Source of the DNA: an uncultured delta proteobacterium
Lineage (GTDB): Bacteria > Desulfobacterota > BSN033 > UBA1163
NCBI GenBank assembly: GCA_963708295.1
Contig: CAVPSJ010000015.1
Span: 1 to 64,000 of the forward strand
Direction: 5' to 3'
Length of the DNA stretch: 64,000 nucleotides
The notes under the pieces were generated by a model that did no database searches, had not been told where the DNA came from, and was given only the letters and a program-made list of their open reading frames with translations. Position numbers and translations under genes: made by a program. Numbering within the stretch: the first letter of the stretch is position 1; every line of letters begins with the position of its first letter. Below are positions 50,500-63,212 of this stretch, piece after piece.

Positions 50500-52507
50500 T
50501 CAAGTGGATGACCTCATTGTTAGGAGGGCGGCTTCGCAAAGTATTGATCGGGTCTTTTTGCCTCGTGGCCGGGCTCACGGTGGGGTTGAACGCCTTAGTG
50601 ACATCCCGGGTGATCCAGGAATACCTCACCAGCGCCGAGTCAAATTTGGTTGCCCGGGACATGAATCTGGCCAAAGCCTTTTATCAGCTCAAGCTGGAGG
50701 AAGTGTCGGCCATCAGCCACCGCCTGGCCTTAGATCCGTGGGTGATCCAGAATTTAAACGGCGGCTTCGCAGAAGAATGCCGGACGCCATCCGGATCATC
50801 GATCAGCAGATTATAAACAAGATCACGCTCCTCGCCTTGGGGGGAACGCATTTAATCGCGATTCTGAATGCCCAGGGGGACCTGGTTGTCGGCCGGGTTC
50901 TCAACAAGGAAGGGGTCCTTTTGCCCATCATTTCAAAAGGGAAATGGGGCCAGCTGCCGATTGTAAAAGAGGTTCTGGAAAGAGGCATACCGCAAGCCGC
51001 CACCGAAGTGATCCCGGTGGAGTATTTGTCCCAGGTGGGTTTGGATCGGCAGGCTTTTGTTCCCCTGATTGAAACCCCTCTTGCCGCCCCGCAGCCGTTT
51101 GACCCCCGAGAGGGCACCGCGGGTTGGCTTTGACCGGGGTTTATCCCCTGCAAAATCCGGATCAAAAGATCCTGGGGGTGGCCCTGTCGGTCTACCTTTT
51201 CAACAATGATTTCACTCTCGTGGATCGAATCAAAGAGGTTGCGGGCATCGATACCGTAACGATATTTTTCGGAGATCTGCGGGTCGCCACCAATGTCATG
51301 ACCGAACAGGGGAAGACGGGCCGTAGGCACACGGATATCGGAGGCAGTTCACAACGTGGTGCTGTCCGAGGGGAAAGATTATGTGGGCCGTGCCTATGTG
51401 GTGAATGAATGGTTTATCACCCGGTACGCCCCCTTGCGGGACAGCCGCGAAACCGTGGTGGGAAGCTTGTATGTGGGCGCCCGGGAATCCGCTTTTCTGC
51501 AGCTCGTCCATAATTTCAACAAACGGATGGTGGTGATTGCCTTAGTTTGTATTTCGCTGGCCGGGGTGATCGCCTTGCCGATCGCCCGGTTTATTTTCCG
51601 ACCGATCGATGACCTGGTGCAGGCGAATCGAGCGCCTTGCCCGAGGGGGATATGGCGGTGCGGGTCCATGCCCCGGGCAAAGGAGAGCTGGACGTTCTGG
51701 GCCGATCCTTCAATCATATGGCCGAGACCCTGCGTCGGACCCAGGAAGAACTGCTCAACAAGGAAAAGCTGGCTTCCATGGGACAGCTTGCCGCCGGCGT
51801 CGCCCATGAAATCAACAACCCCCTGGGAAGCATCCTGCTGTTTGCGGATACCTTGTATCAAGAAGCCGGTGAAAACGACACCGGCGGGAAGATCTGAAGA
51901 TGATCGTCCAGGAGACCCTCCGATGCAAAAAGATCGTCTCCGATCTTCTGAGTTTTGCCCGGCAGCAGGACGTGCTGGCCCAGGAGATGTGATGTGCACG
52001 AGATCCTGGAGCAGGCGATCAGCAGCGTGAGCAATCAGGAGAGTTTCGGGCAGGTCCAGATCGTCCGGAATTTCGCCTCTGATCTACCCCTCATCCAGGC
52101 CGATCCATCCCAGACTCATCCAGGTGTTTGTGAATCTGCTCAACAATTCGGCGGAGGCGATGCCCCAGGGCGGCACCATCACCCTTGAAACCCGGAGGAC
52201 GAATCACCAGCCGGGGGTGGAAATCGTAGTCACCGACACGGGGTGCGGCATACCGGAGGAAAACCTGGGGAAATTGTTTACCCCCTTTTTTACGACGAAA
52301 CCCGTGGGTAAAGGAACGGGTCTGGGGCTTTCCATTGTTTACGGGATCATCAAGATGCATCGCGGCCAGATCGCAGTGAAGAGTCGAGGCGGGCAGGGGC
52401 AACTGCTTTACGGTGACCCTCCCGGTGACGCTCGCCGGGACAGGAACAGATCACCGCCAAAGCCGAGCCCTCAACCATCGGATGGGAGTAGGTTCCATTT
52501 CCCATGA
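50496..52507 (+). CDS. Membrane Cache-HAMP histidine kinase (multiple frameshifts)
   Basis: TM segment, [13 protein letters not shown] Cache motif, [33 protein letters not shown]. Confidence 0.78.
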
Positions 52508-53792
52508 AAACCAAGGGCACGATTCTCATTGTCAGCCCCAATCCAGATCTGCAGGCTGCCTGCAGGCAGGCTCTTGACACCGGGAGATTTTTCCGTTCAA
52601 GTCGCCGACTCGCTTCAGGATTGGGATTGGGATGGCAAGGAAGGAGAATATCGATGTTGTTCTCCTGGACGGGGAGATCTTTCAAAATCAGGCGGGAAGT
52701 TCTTCTTCTGCAGGAGCTGTGGGAGAAGGATGCTGACCTGACGTGTATTTTGATCAGCGAAACGGGAATCGCTGAATCGAGCCCTTCAGCCATTTCAGGC
52801 CGACGTCTGCGACATCGTTTCCGTTCCGGTGGTTCCTGAATATCTCCTTCCGGATGCCACCGAAGCCATGGAACAGCGAGCCGATTCCTTTGAACTAAAA
52901 AGGGTTCAGTTGGAGAATCTGAAAAAGACAGTGGAATGGGTCCTGGAGAAGCGAAACAATTCTCTGGAACTGAAAAGACTCCAGTCCTTTGAACAGAACG
53001 TCGCCCCGCTTTGGTCGGTCGCGAAGGGCGAAATGGAGACTTCAGATCTCTTTGAAAAGGACTTCCTGGCGCCGGCCGCTTTTCGCCTCACCATGGCCCA
53101 TGAATTTCGGGCTCCGCTCACGGCCCTGCAGAGTTTTCTGCTCATCCTGCTCAAAGGATATGTGGCCCCGGAAAAATGGAAGGAAATGATCCAGCATGCC
53201 TTTGATCGGTCGCAGGACCTGTCTGAATCTCGTCGATGACCTGATGAATTTGGCCACCGCCACGCAGGAAATGTCCTAGGGAATCGCTCCCTCGTCCGGC
53301 TGGGGGACGAATTGGAGAAAATTGGCTCCCTTCCCTTAAAACCGAAGCCGAACGAGCAAGGGTTACTCCTGACTTGGACCGTCCAACAAAACCCGGTCGT
53401 GTGGTGGACTCTGCTTCACCTGAAGCAGTTGTGGACGAATCTTATTTCCAATGCCATCAAATACACCCCAGCCGGCGGATCTGTGCGGGTATTTCTGGAG
53501 CAGGAGGAAGGGTGGGCCATCGGAGCGGTCGAGGATTCCGGGAATCGGAATCAGCCCCCAGGAGCTGCCTTTGATTTTCCATGAATTCTACCGGACCGCG
53601 GAGGCCAGGAAAATGGGGGTTCGAGGAACGGGTCTGGGGTTGCCTCTCGTCAAGAGAATTGTCGAAGGGTATGGCGGCAGCCTGGAGGTCAAATCGACCG
53701 TCGGGAAAGGAAGCCTTTTTCGCTTCCGCCTGCCGATAGCCGACGTTCCCTCGATTGAGGATCCGAACACGGGGGCAGGGGACCCTCCTTAA
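52504..53792 (+). CDS. Degenerate-REC histidine kinase (multiple frameshifts)
   Basis: MAHEFRAP, NLISNAIKY, GTGLGL in successive frames. Confidence 0.7.
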
Positions 53793-53832
53793 TTTCCGGC
53801 AATGAGCGCCTTGCTGGGGAAAGAAAGACGCC

Positions 53833-54208
53833 TTACCCGAGCGCTTTTTTTACCTGCTCCAGCAATTTGTCCGGGTCAATGGGTTTGTGGAGCCAGGCCG
53901 AGTCAGGAACATATTCATCCGACGGCAGATTCCGCTGCACCCGCTCCCCGGTCAGGGACGTGGACATGATGACCGGAATGTTTTTGAGGTTCGGGTCGGC
54001 CGCCATCTGCCGCCGCGTATCCAGCCCCTCCAGGATATAGGACATCATCACATCCAGAATCACCAGATCCGGTTTTTCCCGCCGCATGACTTCGAGACCT
54101 TCTTCTCCGTTGGCCGCCGTGATCACGTCGTAATGATTGGACTGCAGGATCATGCGGGGGAATCTTTATAAAATCGCGATCATCGTCTACCACCAGAATT
54201 TTCGCCAT
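53833..54208 (-). CDS. Single-domain response regulator (frameshift near 54160)
   Basis: MAKILVVDDD, ILDVMM, HKP. Confidence 0.8.
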
Positions 54209-54234
54209 GAACTGGATCCCTTTCCCGTAGATCA

Positions 54235-54962
54235 TTAATGTTTGGATCGAGGCCGCTTTCTTCTTGGCTTCGTAGAGTTCCTGCGCCCGCTTGGGCCCAT
54301 AGTACCATTTGGCATGGTGTTCCGCCGCATAACTGGCGGAGGTGTACCCGAAACGCATGCTGACCAAGGCCGCCCACATGAGCGGGTGAGCCAGGGCGAG
54401 ATAAAGGTGCACGATGAACATGCAAACGGCGGCGATCATGGTCAGGTCGTGCAGCCATCACCATCAACCGGAAAATATCGGCGGGCACGAGCCCTTTGCC
54501 GAACCACATGCACCAGGCCGGTGACCACAAACAGAATCCAGGTCAGAATCATGACCACCCCGTTCATCTTCTCGCCGGTGTTGAACCGGCCCTGGGGGGG
54601 CATGATCCGTATGCCGGCCCAGCACATAGTAGCCAAAGGCGTTTTTCATCCAGCCGATGTCGTCCCGCTCGAAGCCGAACTCCTTGATATGCATCCACAG
54701 CCGGCGCGGCTGCAGGATCCCGTAAATGACCGGCTCCCCGATAAACAGGATCGCCGTCAGCCGGTGCACGAGCCGCATCCACTCTCCCGCCTCCCCCTGG
54801 GCGAGGGGTTTTAAGAAGTCGAGATACAGCACCAAGCCGGTTACCACCAGGGGGACAAAACTCACGGTGTGAACCCAGTGCAGGAGCCGCTCCACAAAGG
54901 TGTATTTGGGGATCCAGCGAATCTGAAAGACGTGACCCGGTGTTTGTGTCTTGTTCGTTCAT
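54235..54962 (-). CDS. fdnI: Formate dehydrogenase cytochrome b (gamma) subunit (frameshifted)
   Basis: ERLLHW, VHR, QGRFNTGEK, VHLYLA, EHHAKWY. Confidence 0.82.
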
Positions 54963-55776
54963 TCCACATCCTCCATTTTGATGTTGCGGCGAATGATCAC
55001 CCAGGCCGCCAGCACACCCAGAATCGGTTCCTCCCATCGCGACCTTGCCCAGGGGATGAACGATATCCTGCCAGAGGGTGGCAAGAATAGGGATATTTGG
55101 GATAAGCGGGGAGCCCGTAGGCCTGCGGCTTTTCGATGAGCACATACAAACGGCCGAGCCCACCGACCAAGTTTTCTCCGTACAGATTGGCATTCCTAAA
55201 TCCCCGCGCCTGAAGGACTTCGACGCGCTTCTTGCCGGCGGCAATCATTTTATCCCGGTCTCCCCAGAAGAGCGCGCCGGCCGGGCAGGTTTTCACACAG
55301 GCCGGGATCAGGCCGTTATCCGTCCGGTCCTGGCAGAAGTTGCACTTGGATACCTTGGCCTGGCCGGTGAGGAGATTGGAGACTTCCAGTTGGGGCACAT
55401 CAAACGGACAGAACTGGGTGCAGTAGCCGCAGCCGTTGCAGAGATCGGGTTCCACCGTGACCCGGCCGTCGGGTTGCTGTTTCAGGGCGGCGGTGGGACA
55501 GGAGTGGACGCAGGCCGGATCCCCGCAGTGCATGCATCCCTCTTTCAGGAAGAGCCAGCGGAATCCATCGGGCCCTTCATATTCGTTGAATTTGATGCGC
55601 GTCCAGGTTTGCGGAGACAGGCGGGGCGGGTTCTCATAGCTTCCCGTGTTTTTCGTGTGCGAATATCCCCAGCCTTCCAGATCGTTCCACTGCTTGCAGG
55701 CGACCTGGCAGCCGCGACAGGCGGTGCATTTGGATTCGTCGATCAACATCGCTTTCCGTAGCATAACCATGGTCAT
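54959..55776 (-). CDS. fdnH: Formate dehydrogenase Fe-S (beta) subunit (C-terminal anchor frameshifted)
   Basis: CTACRGCQVACK, CMHC..PAC..C, CNGCGYC..C, KCNFC..PACVKTC. Confidence 0.88.
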
Positions 55777-55782
55777 CCCCTC

Positions 55783-58700
55783 CTATGCCTTCTTCACATC
55801 GACAAGAAATGCTTTGTATTCAGGAATGGTCGTGTTGCCGTCCCCCACGTGCGGGGTCAGGTCGTTGGCGATCGTCTCCTGTGGCCAGGCCTCCCCAGCC
55901 GAAATGCCAGGGCATCCCGATCTGATGAACGGTTTTCCCTTCCACCTGAAACGGCTTGAAGCGGCCGTTACGATCGCGACCGCCTGGATCTCTCCGCGGG
56001 CCGAACGAATTTTTACCTGATCGCCGTTTTGAATGCCTTTTTCCTTGGCCAGCTCTTTGCTCATCTCGATGAACATCTCGGGCTGGCATTCCGTGAGCCA
56101 TTCCAGCCATCGGGACATGCCGCCGGCCTGCCAGTGCTCCACCACCCGATAGGTTGTGGCCACAATGGGAAACTCCTTCGGCTTTCCCCAGTTGTCCCCG
56201 ATGCTCTTTCCCGCATCCGTTTTCCAGATTTTGATGACCGGATTATGCATCCGGGAAGAAAACGGGTTTTTCTCGACCGGCGTTTCCACCGGTTCGTAAT
56301 GCTCGGGGAAAGGGCCCTCGTTCAGAGGGGCAAAAAGCCCTCCCTTTCCGTCCACGCGCATGATAAAGGGGTCCTTGCCGCCGGGGTCGGTGGGAGCCTT
56401 GGTGGCAACGAAATCAGGAACATCATAACCCACCCATTTCTTCTGGGCCTCGTCCCACCAGATCAGCTTCTTGTCTTCCGCCCAGGGTTTGCCGTTCGGG
56501 TCGGCGGAGCACCGGTTATAGATGATGCGCCGGTTGGCCGGCCAGGAAAAGGCCCAGTAGGGATACATGCCCAGCCCGCCCGGGTCCTTCTGTCCCCGGC
56601 GCTTGGTCGCCGGCATCATCGTTCCGGTGCCGTCATCGGCAAGGGCAAAATAGCCGGCATAAATCCAGGTCCCGCACGCCGTCGTGCCGTTATCCTGCAA
56701 GACCGCGAAGGTCTTCAGGAGTTTCGCCCTTTTTCACCAGGATCTCGCCCTTGGGATCCTTGATATCGTCGAGGGCATACCCGTTCATCTCCCGAGCCAC
56801 CTTCTCGATATCCGATTTCTTTCCCATAATCCCATTTCAGATGCAGAATCGGATCGGGAAACGGGCCGGGATCGGAAGCATAGAGCTCCTTCAGCTTGAG
56901 GGCGATTAAATTCAGGATTTGATCGTCCGGCAGGGCCTCGCCGGGGGCTTCGGCCACTTTGGGCCGCCACTGGATCAGGCGCCCGCTGGTGACGATGCTT
57001 CCCGCCTTCTCCATGGCATCCGCCGCCGGGAGGATGAACACCTCGGTCTGGATATCCGCCGGCTTCACCCCGGGAGCCCGCCAGAACGAACAGGTTTCCG
57101 TGTCGACGATCTCCTGGATGACCATCCATTTCAGTTTCTTCAGGGCTTCCCGTTCCAGCCGGGAATTGGGCCCGCTGACCGCCGGGTTCTGTCCCATGAG
57201 CCACAGGCCCTGGATTTTTCCCGCGTACATGTCCTCGAAATAGGCTGATCCAGTAATGATGGGCGGGGTTTTCAACTTTGGGCAGATAGTCGTAGGCAAA
57301 CTGATTCTCGGCGGTGGCGTGGTCTCCCCACCAGGCCTTGAGCATGCTGACCAGAAATTTCGGCTTGTTCGACCAGTAGCTCGTCTTGGGGGTCTCTTTT
57401 TCGATGTAGGCGGCAAGGGTGGGATTGTTCGCGCGGCCCTCGGAATGCCCACATATCCGGTGACAAGATGAGCCAGGACTCCCTGGTCCGTTGACCCCTG
57501 GACGTTCGATTCCCCGCGCAGGGCATTCACGCCGCCGCCCGGCCTCCCGAGGTTTCCCAGCAGCAGCTGGACCATGGAGATGGCACGCACGTTCTGCGAG
57601 CCAACGGTGTGCTGGGTCTGCCCCATGGCATAGAGAATGGTGCCGGTTTTTTCCGGAGCCCCGGTGGAGCCGAACAGTTTGTAGGCCGCTTCCAGCTTGT
57701 CCTGGGGACAGCCCGTGATCCGGGAAACTTTTTCCAGGGTGTAGCGGGCGTAGTGTCGTTTCATGACCTGGAATACGCAATTGAGGGTTCTGCAGGGTCT
57801 CGTCCCGAAGCGGGTTGCCCGCGGCATCGGTCTGGTACTTCCAGGTACCCCGGTCATAGACGCCGAATCCGTCTCCGTCCTCATCCACAAAACCTGAAAA
57901 GAGGCCGTCGAGATCCGCCGGCCCTTTAAACTCGGGAACGAGCAGGATTGCCGCGTTGGTATAGTGAAGCACATACTCCTTGTGGTACAGATCCTTGTCG
58001 ATGATGTATTTCATCATTCCGCCGAAAAAGGCGATGTCCGTGCCGCTGCGGATGGGCACGTAAAGGTCGGCCTGGGAAGCCGAACGGGTGAAGCGCGGAT
58101 CCACCACGATCAGCTTGGCGTCCCGCTCATCCTTGGCTTTATTGATCCATGTCATGGCCGCGGGATGATTTTCGGCGGCATTGGACCCGTCCATCATGAT
58201 GACATCGGCATTTTTCAGGTCCACCCAGTGATTGGTCATCGCCCCACGCCCTAATCCTGCGGCCAGACCGGCCACGGTGGCGGAGTGTCATATCCGGGCC
58301 TGGTGCTCGAGATAGACGACCCCCAAGGCGCGGTTCAATTTGCTCGCCAGATAGCATTCTTCGTTGTTGTGGGCGGCCCCGCCCAGAAACGCGATGGCAG
58401 GAGTGCGGTTGACGGTTACGCCCTTGGCGTTGGTTTTCTGAAAAGTGGCGTCCCGAGTGGCTTTGATCCGCTTGGCCACTTCCGTGATCATCCAATTCCA
58501 GTCCTTTTCCACGAATTTATCGCTTCCCGGGGCCCGGTAAAGGGGCTTCTTCAGCCTGAGCGGGCTCTGGGAGAGCTGCGCGTACGGAGATGGATTTTGG
58601 ATCCAAGGCGCCCCGGTTCTGGGGATTGTCCGGGTCGCCCTCGGCGTTGATGATGTGGCCGTCCGGACCTGTGGAAATCAACAAACCGCAGCCACACGAG

Positions 58701-58852
58701 CAGTACGGGCAGATGGTGGCCGCTTCTTTGATCGGTTTGTGCAGCGGGAAGCCCCTGATCTTTTCAGAGGACGCCGCCATACTGGAAGGTAAGAGAACCG
58801 ACCCCGCCGTGAGTCCTGAGAACTTCAGAAAATTCCGTCGAGTTACGTCCAT
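55783..58852 (-). CDS. fdnG: Tat-exported Mo/W selenocysteine formate dehydrogenase alpha subunit (frameshifted)
   Basis: TRRNFLK Tat motif; HQARI-UGA-HSAT; GRGAMTNHW; NALRGESNVQG; PFPEHYEP; PEYKAFLV. Confidence 0.92.
58259..58290 (-). promoter_or_regulatory. Sec UGA (58290-58288) plus bacterial SECIS hairpin
   Basis: UGA CAC UCC GCC ACC GUGGCC-GGUCU-GGCCGC, resembling the fdhF/fdnG SECIS layout. Confidence 0.85.
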
Positions 58853-59158
58853 AATAGCCTCCTCATCCTGAAATCGATGGTCAGCGACTAATGGCTTGAG
58901 ATACAAAAGGGCCGCCCGTCCTGAATCCTGAAGGTAACCCCCCCCGGTCGTCGCTCCATTTGGAACCCCCTACCGGACTCCCGGTCTCCGCCAAGCGTAT
59001 CTTTCCAAGAATCGAATGTAAAACGATTGTTTTCTGTGTGATCCCCTATCCGTGGGCCAGGACTTAGCCTGGAAACAGGGAACGATTATACTGTTTGTTG
59101 GACTTCAAATTCCAATGGTGTCTTTTGAATTTGATACCTGCTCACCCCGACGTGCTGG

Positions 59159-59187
59159 AAAATACCAAGTTCTGCACCCAATGTCAA
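59159..59187 (-). promoter_or_regulatory. Sigma70 promoter of the fdh operon
   Basis: Minus strand TTGACA-17 nt-TATTTT. Confidence 0.5.
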
Positions 59188-59470
59188 CAAAAAAATACTG
59201 CACAAAAAAACTATTGCTTTTTAGTATGAAGGAGTTAGGATTGCAAGTCCTATCAGGGATAGGGGTGGTTCTTCCAGAGAATACATGGGGCGGCACTTTT
59301 CGAGAGCTCCTCCTGTGATGTTGTTCTCAGAGCATAGTCTCAGAATTAAATTTAATAGAGAAATCAGTAATATAGCCTTTTAAAGACCTAAAAAGACTTG
59401 TGGAATTTTACAACCCCCACCCTTATCTGACACTGTCGCCTCCCAAACCGACTGCTGAAAAGAAAAGCCC

Positions 59471-59498
59471 TTGACAAATGGTTATCGTTGAATAGAAT
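59471..59498 (+). promoter_or_regulatory. Sigma70 promoter
   Basis: TTGACA-16 nt-TAGAAT. Confidence 0.55.
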
Positions 59499-59607
59499 AG
59501 CCCACAGGGGTTTTGAATAAGAATTCATGTGTCACCGAATATTTTCCGGGTTAAGTTTAGCCGCTTTGCCCAAAAGGAGGGGATAAAGCGAAGGGAGGAC
59601 CCTTGCC

Positions 59608-62303
59608 ATGATAAAAGGCGGCCTCAAACGAATGCTCAATCCTCAAACTGTCGCTCTGATTGGAGTCACTGAAAAAGAAGACACTCCTGGCAGGACACTT
59701 TTAGAGAACCTTTGCTCTTGGTCGAAAGATTCAAGAAAGATCTTTATAGTCAATCCTAACAGGAAGACGGTATTGGGTCATGAATGCTACCCTGAGATTT
59801 CGGCCTTGCCAGAGCACATCGATCTTTCAATTATTGTTACTCCTGCACCGACGGTCCCAGAAATCGTTGAAGAGTGCGGGAAGGTTGACACTGAAGGAAT
59901 TATCATCATTTCTGCGGGTTTTAGGGAAATCGGGGAGGAAGGTAGAAGACTAGAGGCTCAGATCAAGACGATCAGGGATCAATATGGAATGAGAATCATT
60001 GGCCCCAACTGTCTGGGTGTCATCAGACCCCACGTGGCTTTGAATGCTTCCATCTTGAAGGTCTTGCCGAAAGGAGGGAACATTGCCTTCATCTCCCAGA
60101 GCGGGGCATTGGGAGGTGCTGTTTTTGATTGGGCAATGCTTGCCCATGCCGGTTTCAGTATCTTTGCTTCTCTGGGATCGATGGTGGATGTTGACTACGG
60201 AGATCTCGTCGATTTTCTCAGCAGTGATCCCAATACCCGAAGCATCGTCTTCTACATAGAAGAAGGCATCGGGGATGCGAAGAAATTTGTCAGTGCAGTG
60301 AAAGGTTTTGCACGTTACAAGCCCATCATCGCTGTGAAACCAGGAAGATTTTCGGAGACGCCTAAGCCCAGCCTTTCTCATACAGGAGGAATGGTCCGTA
60401 GCGACCAGGTTTATGACGCGGCGTTCAGAAGAATGAGCATCGTCCGGGTGAAGGAGATCGCTGATCTGTTTAATGTGGTTCGAGTTCTCCAATCGAAGCA
60501 TCTTCCTAGAGGCCTCAGTCTCGGAATCGTCACGAATGCCATTGGGGTAGGTGTGATGGCAACGGATGCACTGATCGAATTGGGGGGACAACTGGCCTCG
60601 ATTTCAGAGGAGGGTTTTAAGGACCTCGACACGGTCTTACCCTCCTATTGGAACAAAGCCAACCCGGTCGATGTATTCAGTGACGCCGATGTTGAGAGAT
60701 ATCTCCGTGTCATCCAGGTTTTTCTCCAGGATCCTGAAGTGGACGGGATCTTGATCGTTTATACCCTACAGAAAACCCCTCAGCCGAAGGAGTTGGCGAC
60801 TGCGATCACAGATCTCGCGAAGAGGTCCTTGAAACCGATCATCACCGCTTGGATAGGTGGGAAAGATGTTCAAGAAGGAAGGGAGATCCTGTTTGAAAAT
60901 CACATCCCTACTTATGAGACGCCTGAGGATGCGGTGAAGGCATATCTTTGCTTGTATCATTATCGGCGGAGTCTCGAATTCCAATACGAAACCCCTGCAG
61001 AGCTGCCCGTTGACCAAGGCCCCTGCAAGAATAATCTCAAAGCCTTTATCCGCAGGGCTTTCAAAGAGGGGAGGATCGTTCTCAATGAGGAAGAGTCCAA
61101 CCGTTTCTTAACGACCTATGGAATTCCCACGATGAAATCTGAAGTTTCTCGAGATGTGGAGGATGCAATTTCTATCGCAAAATACATTGGATACCCCGTT
61201 GCCCTGAAGATCGTATCCCCGGACATCATCTACCGGATGAATGTTGGAGGAGTTGTCACGGGGATCAACTCTGAGGACGAACTCCGGAAAGAATTTGAAC
61301 AGTTAACGGAAAGGGCAAAGAGATACGCCCCAAAGGCAAGGATCGTAGGCGTCGCGGTTCAAAAGATGATCGAGAAGATCGATTATGAGATTTTCTTGGG
61401 GGCAAAAAAGGACAAAGATTTTGGCTCTGTCATTGTGATCGGAATAGGCGGGTTAGGAGTTCAAATATTCAAAGAATTTTCTATCGGCCTGCCTCCGCTT
61501 AATCAAGCGTTGGCCCGAAGACTCATGGAGGAGACAGGGGTCTACAAGATGATTCAGGGATACGGCCGGAAACCACCGGCCGATCTGAGGCAATTGGAGC
61601 AAATCATTGTCAGTTTTTCCAACCTTATTGTGGACTTCCCGGAAATTGGCGAGATGGACATTCAATCCCCTCGCCATTTCAAACGGTAAAGCCCTTGCCT
61701 TATCTGCCCGGATTATCATCGACAAAGAAAGCTTGGATTGTACCTCTCCCTATTCTCATCTCGTCATTACGCCTTATCCGACAAGATATGTGACGTCGTG
61801 GATGCTCCCGGATGGGACCGAGGTTCTCTTGCGGCCCGTGAAGCCAGAAGATGAACCCATAGTGAAAGAAATGCTTACTTCCCTTTCGGAAAGAACCCTC
61901 AAAGAGAGATTCTTTCAAGTGATCAAGAGCATCACGCATGAGATGCTGATCAAGTTATGTAATATCGATTACGATCGCGAGATAACCATCGTCGCCGAAA
62001 TAATGGCCGAGATCAGGGAAAATTCGCCGAGAAAAATTATCGGTATCGTGGGTCTCATGATCGACGCCGATTTCAAGAGCGGAGAATTTGGAGTGATCGT
62101 CCATGATCACTATCAAGGGAAAGGAATCGGGTATAAACTGATTGATGTGTTGATCGGTATTGCACAGGAAAAGGGACTCGAGGAGTTTTACGGAATCGTG
62201 CTGGCGAATAATCAGAAAAATGGTCCGGATGTGCCGAAAATTAGGATTTACGGCAAGGCCATTCGAAGAGGACCTCTGCAGGGTCACGCTGGTCCTGAAG
62301 TAG
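59608..62303 (+). CDS. NDP-forming acyl-CoA synthetase-like + GNAT protein (Pat-type; frameshifts near 61665 and 62215)
   Basis: GPNCLG, SQSGA, SHTG, NPVD, ATP-grasp GYPVALK, ITPYP, C-terminal GNAT with QGKGIG. Confidence 0.88.
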
Positions 62304-62719
62304 TCTGAGGACTAAACTCTTCTTGCCGGGAGGTTTGCCTATTCGAGGATTGGGACTGCCTGCGGCTGACCTTTCGTCGAAAAGAAGGCCGTCCCCCGGA
62401 ATACCATCCCATGAAGTTCCCGATCGTGCGTTACCATCCAAGACATCCATATCGAGGACGGCTGGGCCGCCTACGGCAAGCTCGAAAAAGTTTGACCGAG
62501 TCCATTGGGCTGTAAGCTTTTGGGTCGAAGAAGCCGTCTCCGATCGTGAGGCCTCTCCAGCGGGATTCTATCTGCTCTGCCTGAGTACAGGGGACATCGC
62601 ATGGGAATCCATATCCACGGCCGGATAAACCCTTGCCTTTTCGAGTCGAGGACCTTGATATGTCCGAAAGAAATGTGACAGATTTCTAGACATCACGCGT
62701 TGCAAGAAAGGAGGCTCAC

Positions 62720-63061
62720 ATGAGTGAATATTTTTATCCCCTGGATGGCCGGAAGCACTACGAAGACCTGGAGAAGGCCCAGAAGGATATGTTCCAAGCT
62801 TTCAAAAACTTTAATTACGAAATCTTCGAGAAGGAAGGCGCCCTTCCCAGGAAGATAAAGGAGCTCATTGCTATTGGCGTAGCACACACGACTCAATGCC
62901 CGTACTGTATCGAGGGCCATGTCAGGGCTGCCAAAAAAGCAGGGGCAAGCGACCGGGAGATCGCAGAGGCCATTTTCGTCGCTGCTGCTCTCAGGGCGGG
63001 GGGCGCTTTTGCTCATTCGACCATCGCCATGAGGGTGCTCAATGAAGTGGACAAGAAATAA
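62720..63061 (+). CDS. Carboxymuconolactone decarboxylase/AhpD family protein
   Basis: KELIAIGVA...CPYCIEGH. Confidence 0.9.
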   Translation: MSEYFYPLDGRKHYEDLEKAQKDMFQAFKNFNYEIFEKEGALPRKIKELIAIGVAHTTQCPYCIEGHVRAAKKAGASDREIAEAIFVAAALRAGGAFAHSTIAMRVLNEVDKK

Positions 63062-63212
63062 AGTGCCTGGCATGCCGAGAGGGAGCTAAAGTGACTAAAG
63101 GGAGGTCTCCAGATTCGGGGGCTTAGGATGCCTTGGAAAGGCAGAAACAGAAATTCTTCCTGTCGGGAAAAGACAGAAGTGGATTATTTCGCTACGAGAA
63201 GAAGGAGGTTCA

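Noticed and set aside
53915-54439. Apparent FdnI-receiver fusion ORF
   Set aside because: It is best explained by an indel removing the fdnI stop near 54235; the receiver has its own RBS and ATG at 54208.
6147-62303. Numerous frameshifts (hdrB, kinases, metV2, hdrA, acsB, cooS, racemase, fdnGHI, pat) as pseudogenes or programmed frameshifting
   Set aside because: Small indels, often at homopolymer runs and sometimes compensating, hit core genes whose motifs are otherwise intact, and I saw no in-frame nonsense decay. This is typical of long-read consensus error; polishing or read inspection would settle it.
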